This document shows positions 35,232 through 39,166 of a stretch of 39,166 nucleotides of DNA, piece after piece. A program made the translations under genes and the position numbers. Position 1 is the first letter of the stretch, and every line of letters begins with the position of its first letter. The notes below the pieces were generated by a model. The model did no database searches. It was not told the origin of the DNA and saw nothing but the letters and a program-made list of their open reading frames with translations. Source of the stretch: Cercozoa sp. M6MM (taxonomy: Eukaryota > Protista > Endomyxa: Ascetosporea). The stretch lies in the NCBI GenBank assembly GCA_040357565.1, contig JBDODJ010000106.1, one strand, 5' to 3'.

Positions 35232-36724
35232 ATGTCGGAGAAAAGCAAGCGGAGCAGGTAAATTTAAATTGACTTTTAGTGTTTGGCAGTTTCACTGCCT
35301 CGACAAGTGATTCGATCCGATGAGATTTGCTCTAGCTTTCAAAAGTTGCTGGGATTCACGCTCGCGTGCTCGCTGGCAGCGAGTGGCGTTCTTCTCGTCT
35401 CAACAACGTTGGCCGCCTTCCCTTCAGGTTGCCCAGTTTGACAGTATATAGAACAGGAGATAACTCAGTTTGTGTGCACAGAGGTTGAAGCTCAGAGCGT
35501 GAGTGAACCGCATCGCTACGGTGCCGCTCCCATCGAATACTCTGGCGTCGAACGAGTGAAACTGCCCATGCAGAATGAGGCTCAGTTGCTGCAAACTCAG
35601 AACGTCGATGGCTACGGCATGCCGATTGGATTGCCTCCCAGTGATTTCGCGTACGTTCGCGACTTGCGTTTGCAGGACAACGAGGTGCTACTCACGATCG
35701 ATGACGGTCCCAGCGGTTCATGGGCAACTCACACTTCAGAGATTCTCGACATTCTAGCCGCGAGCAATGTCCGAGCCAACTTCTTCTTGATTGTATCACT
35801 CATCACAATTCTCGCGTTGGAGTATAACTTACTGACAACACCTTGTTTGTGTCCAGGGCCGCAACGTCGACGCCTCTCCTGCCGAGGCTTTGCGCATGGC
35901 CACGGAAGGTCACGAGATCGGCGTGCACACCATGACGCATCCGGATATGACCAAGGTGCGTTTCACGCGCTTGGAAGCACATGAGTTCACTCTTTTTTTT
36001 GGAACTGCAGATCAGTTCGGCACAGCGATTCGACGAGATCTTCCTCTGCTTGGACAGTATTCAACGAGCGGTATTGCGATATATATATATATATATCGAT
36101 TGAACTGAGCACAATGTTAACGTTTGAGGGTATCGGTAATGCTTAGGTACCGGGCTACATGCCGAGATACTGGCGACCGCCATACGGAGGCACGTCGACA
36201 CTCGTACGCGACGAGGTGTTCAACAACTTTGGCCTGGCACAGACGCTATGGACACTTGATACTCTCGACTGGGACCCAAACATGAAAGGAGACGTAATCG
36301 CTGCGCAACTGCAGGGCGCCAAAGGACACATCGCTCTCGTTCACGACGGTGCCTCGAACAGTGCAGAAACGGTGGTACTCTACCGCTGTCATACAATAGA
36401 GTAGGGTCGAGTTTTTTGAATTTTTTTAAATTGCTGGCAGAAAGCACTCCGGATCGCCGTTCCGCAACTGTGGCCTAGCTTTGTACATGCATGTACATCT
36501 GTGCATTTACTGCGCTGTGTTGTTTTGAGTGCAGAGTGACCGCTGGTGCCAAGTTTGTGACGCTGTCGGAACTGGACATGCGCGCGGCTGGCTGGAATAC
36601 TCCACCGACGACGACGACGCCAACGCCGACGCCGGATCCCGTGCTGCTGCAGCGCATCCAAGAGCTCGAGAATGCGCTAATTGCCATCACTAACACCGCC
36701 ACTGGCGCACTCACGCAGACATGA
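35232..36724 (+). CDS. Polysaccharide deacetylase (CE4/NodB domain) with signal/anchor and Pro/Thr-rich tail, multi-exon
   Basis: All five CE4 motifs: LTIDDGP, HTMTH, WRPPYG, DTLDW, LVHD. N-terminal hydrophobic LLGFTLACSLAASGVLLVSTTLA. Stop at 36722-36724. Confidence 0.92.
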
Positions 36725-37374
36725 ATACAGTACTGCTTGCAACTACGATAGTTAGTGAGTTAAATTTAGTTCAGCTCAATAAGCACGCACAAACTAACAT
36801 AGAGATTTGGCCACCGGCCGCTTTGGTGGTGGCCCAGGCTATATCGCAGCGGGCTTTCTCCTCCCTTATCACTATCGTATACAAGCAACGAAGCAGCGAG
36901 GAGAGAATCGCTGGACATTTATCACGACTTAGAATGTGATGAGTCAAAGGAACTGATCGCATACGCCACGCCAAGCCAACTGAGTGGAGCACAATCGAAC
37001 ACATAAATCTTACTGGGCAAGCCTGGGAACATCAGGGCAACTTAGAGCTCTTGTATGTCTTCCCGTCGCACAGTCGCGCGCATGAGCACTTATTTCACCT
37101 GTGCTGTTCAGACTAAAATTTAGTGTTACTACTATTTAGTTACACATTTGGCCTTGGTGATTTCTGGAGCAATGAATGCATCGGTCCAGCGGGCTCGGAA
37201 GTTTCGCGTTTGGCGTGTGCGTACTTCGGGCGATACTCGGCAGAATTGATTCAAAGTCAGACTCAAAGTCAGACACGTAGTGTTACTCAGTTTCCACGAC
37301 CTCCAAAATGACGCGCCTTGCCGTGGTATGGCCTAGTCACCCTAGCTGAACCATAGGTCTGTCAGTTTGTCAAG

Positions 37375-39104
37375 ATGCAAGCTTATCATGCTGGTTTCAG
37401 GTAATTTTGTGTCTCGTGGCGCCACTGTGTGGCGCAGTGAGAGCTGCCCAAAGCCCCCAGAGTTTCGCATCAACTCTAACAACAGAAGATGTTGACTTCT
37501 TAAGTCTGTGCTCGGGTGCTGAAGCTGTCAGTCCTTCCTTCTTTGGACTTGATGCGCTTGCGCTCGGGAAGTGGTGAGTTTGCCGAGTTTCTCACGTGGG
37601 TTATGTTTTGTATTGCGTGTGATTTTAATTTTAGGGGAGAGTTCCTGTTGAGTGTCTTTCCTTCGGATGCCATCGACGACTGGACAGTCGCTGTTCTGAG
37701 TGGTCTGCCTCCTGCTTGTGCGAGGGAATATGTCATCGAGAAACGCGGAAAGAAAGGTACGGTCTCTGTGTAAAGCCGAAACTTCAAGTCGGTGAACAAT
37801 ATCGTTACCGTGTACAATAGTAAACGCTGCACACCTGTTACGTCGTGTCAATGCTCGTCGATACGCATATGCTCGTGGAGAGAAGTTGCTTCTCCCGGAC
37901 ACCGGCGAAGACGCGCTAGTCATGGGTAAGACTTGCGATTTTCGATAGATAGTTAAATACACATATAAACTTACCATGTCTCGTAGATCTGCTGAGTTTA
38001 ATGTCTATCATAACTTCCGTCTGTAATCTTCTGGCATGTTTAAGCTTTATGGCTTTCTTGTAGCAAGATACGACAGCGAGTCGGCAAATTGCCTGGTGGA
38101 CTTTGTCGGAAGCGTTTACTTTGACCTGGACGTGTTAAAACGCGACAAAAGCACGCGAAACAAACTGTTGAACTACGTGCGAACTGTGTACGCCGCCCTG
38201 AATGCAAGCTTTTCTGACTTGCCGCCGATGTGTGTGCAATCTGTGGCCTTGTTCCTGGGCACACTGCCTGCGTACGTCAGCAGACTTGGGGGTACAACGA
38301 TGGAGCAGCTGTTCGAAGATTGTTACATGTTTGAGCAAGACGATCGCGATGCCGAGGTTAGCTTTCCTTTCTTTCTACAGTTTGTTGCTACCATCGGACA
38401 GCTTTGCTTTCTTTCACAAGTTTGTTTGTGCTCCTGTCTGCAGCCAGCTGTTCTTGGTATACCAGTCGAAGAAGTGTGCCAGACACCGTGGGAGCGAGTG
38501 CAGTCTGTGAACGAGCTTTTGAAAGAGGAACAATTACCAGAACTACTGGGCAGTCCGGTGTCGCACTGGTGTAAGTTCACTGCTTCTAACTTCACAGGCT
38601 TCAACACAACATTCTGTCTGCGCAGCTCGCGTTTCCAACCGCGTCCTGCATCGAATGATCGCGACTTCTGCCCGCTACCTAGGGCTGCCCGACCAAACGT
38701 GTCTCAGCCTTCGGAAAAGTGCCAATGATCAATCAAGCTGGCCGTACCGTGAGATTTGCGTGCCGCACATCACACAACTTGGAGCAGAATATCAGCATTG
38801 GATGAATCGTTTGTCAAGCGAAGCCAGCGACCTGTCTTTGCAGTGTGTTCCTCCCGCCGCACAGGTCTTGCGTGTTGCCAGCACATCTACGGCGATGGAC
38901 ATGATGCTGCAGAAGAGGCATTTCAAGCTTGGCAGTGAAAGTCTGTGTCGCCTCCGCGAAAGTCGACCCGCAGCTGACGCAGATTTGTTGCGTTTACTGG
39001 TGAATCTTCCGCCGATCGACGACGTGACACTGCCTGCCGTGTTCCGGGCCAGGGAAGCGCCTTTGTTCGAGGTCGCTCTTCTCGCTGTCGCTGAGAGGTG
39101 CTCA

Positions 39105-39165
<61 letters not shown>

Positions 39166-39166
39166 G
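37375..39166 (+). CDS. Hypothetical protein, multi-exon, 3'-truncated by the window end (start uncertain)
   Basis: Chain of phase-compatible GT-AG exons (about 37438-37574, 37634-37756, 37821-37925, 38064-38356, 38444-38570, 38626-39097) without stops. No motif recognised. Confidence 0.6.
39108..39166. repeat. (GT)n microsatellite
   Basis: Direct reading. Confidence 0.95.

Overview
Compact, intron-rich eukaryotic (protist-like) genomic DNA with four short assembly gaps; the taxon cannot be determined from the sequence. By manually splicing GT-AG introns I reconstruct about 16 protein genes. In order: 3' part of the INO80 ATPase (+), TRAP1/HSP75 (-), alpha/beta hydrolase (+), ankyrin protein (-), divergent Ser/Thr-type kinase with a mitochondrial-like leader (-), a convergent pair of paralogous orphan membrane proteins (+/-), an iron lipoxygenase (+), a Cys-rich GPI-type surface protein (-), a Spinster MFS transporter (-), an X-family DNA polymerase (+), a DHHC palmitoyltransferase (+), a divergent REEP/HVA22-like protein (-), an ABC1/ADCK kinase (+), a CE4 polysaccharide deacetylase (+), and an orphan gene running off the end (+). 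Most ORFs in the supplied track are antisense shadows or intron read-throughs. The most notable items are: (1) a lipoxygenase with an N-terminal membrane anchor, no apparent PLAT domain and a Gly at the Coffa site (R-type prediction), head-to-head with an orphan membrane-protein pair that shares a perfectly identical 247-bp tract spanning an intron; (2) two copies of a TIR-bounded MITE-like element filled with the same telomere-like GGGGTAA repeats that crowd the introns of some genes; (3) a lambda-type Pol X with a TdT/Pol mu-length Loop1; (4) a recurrent TCCGCGCGGA palindrome. All exon boundaries were read by eye, and start codons are the least certain part.
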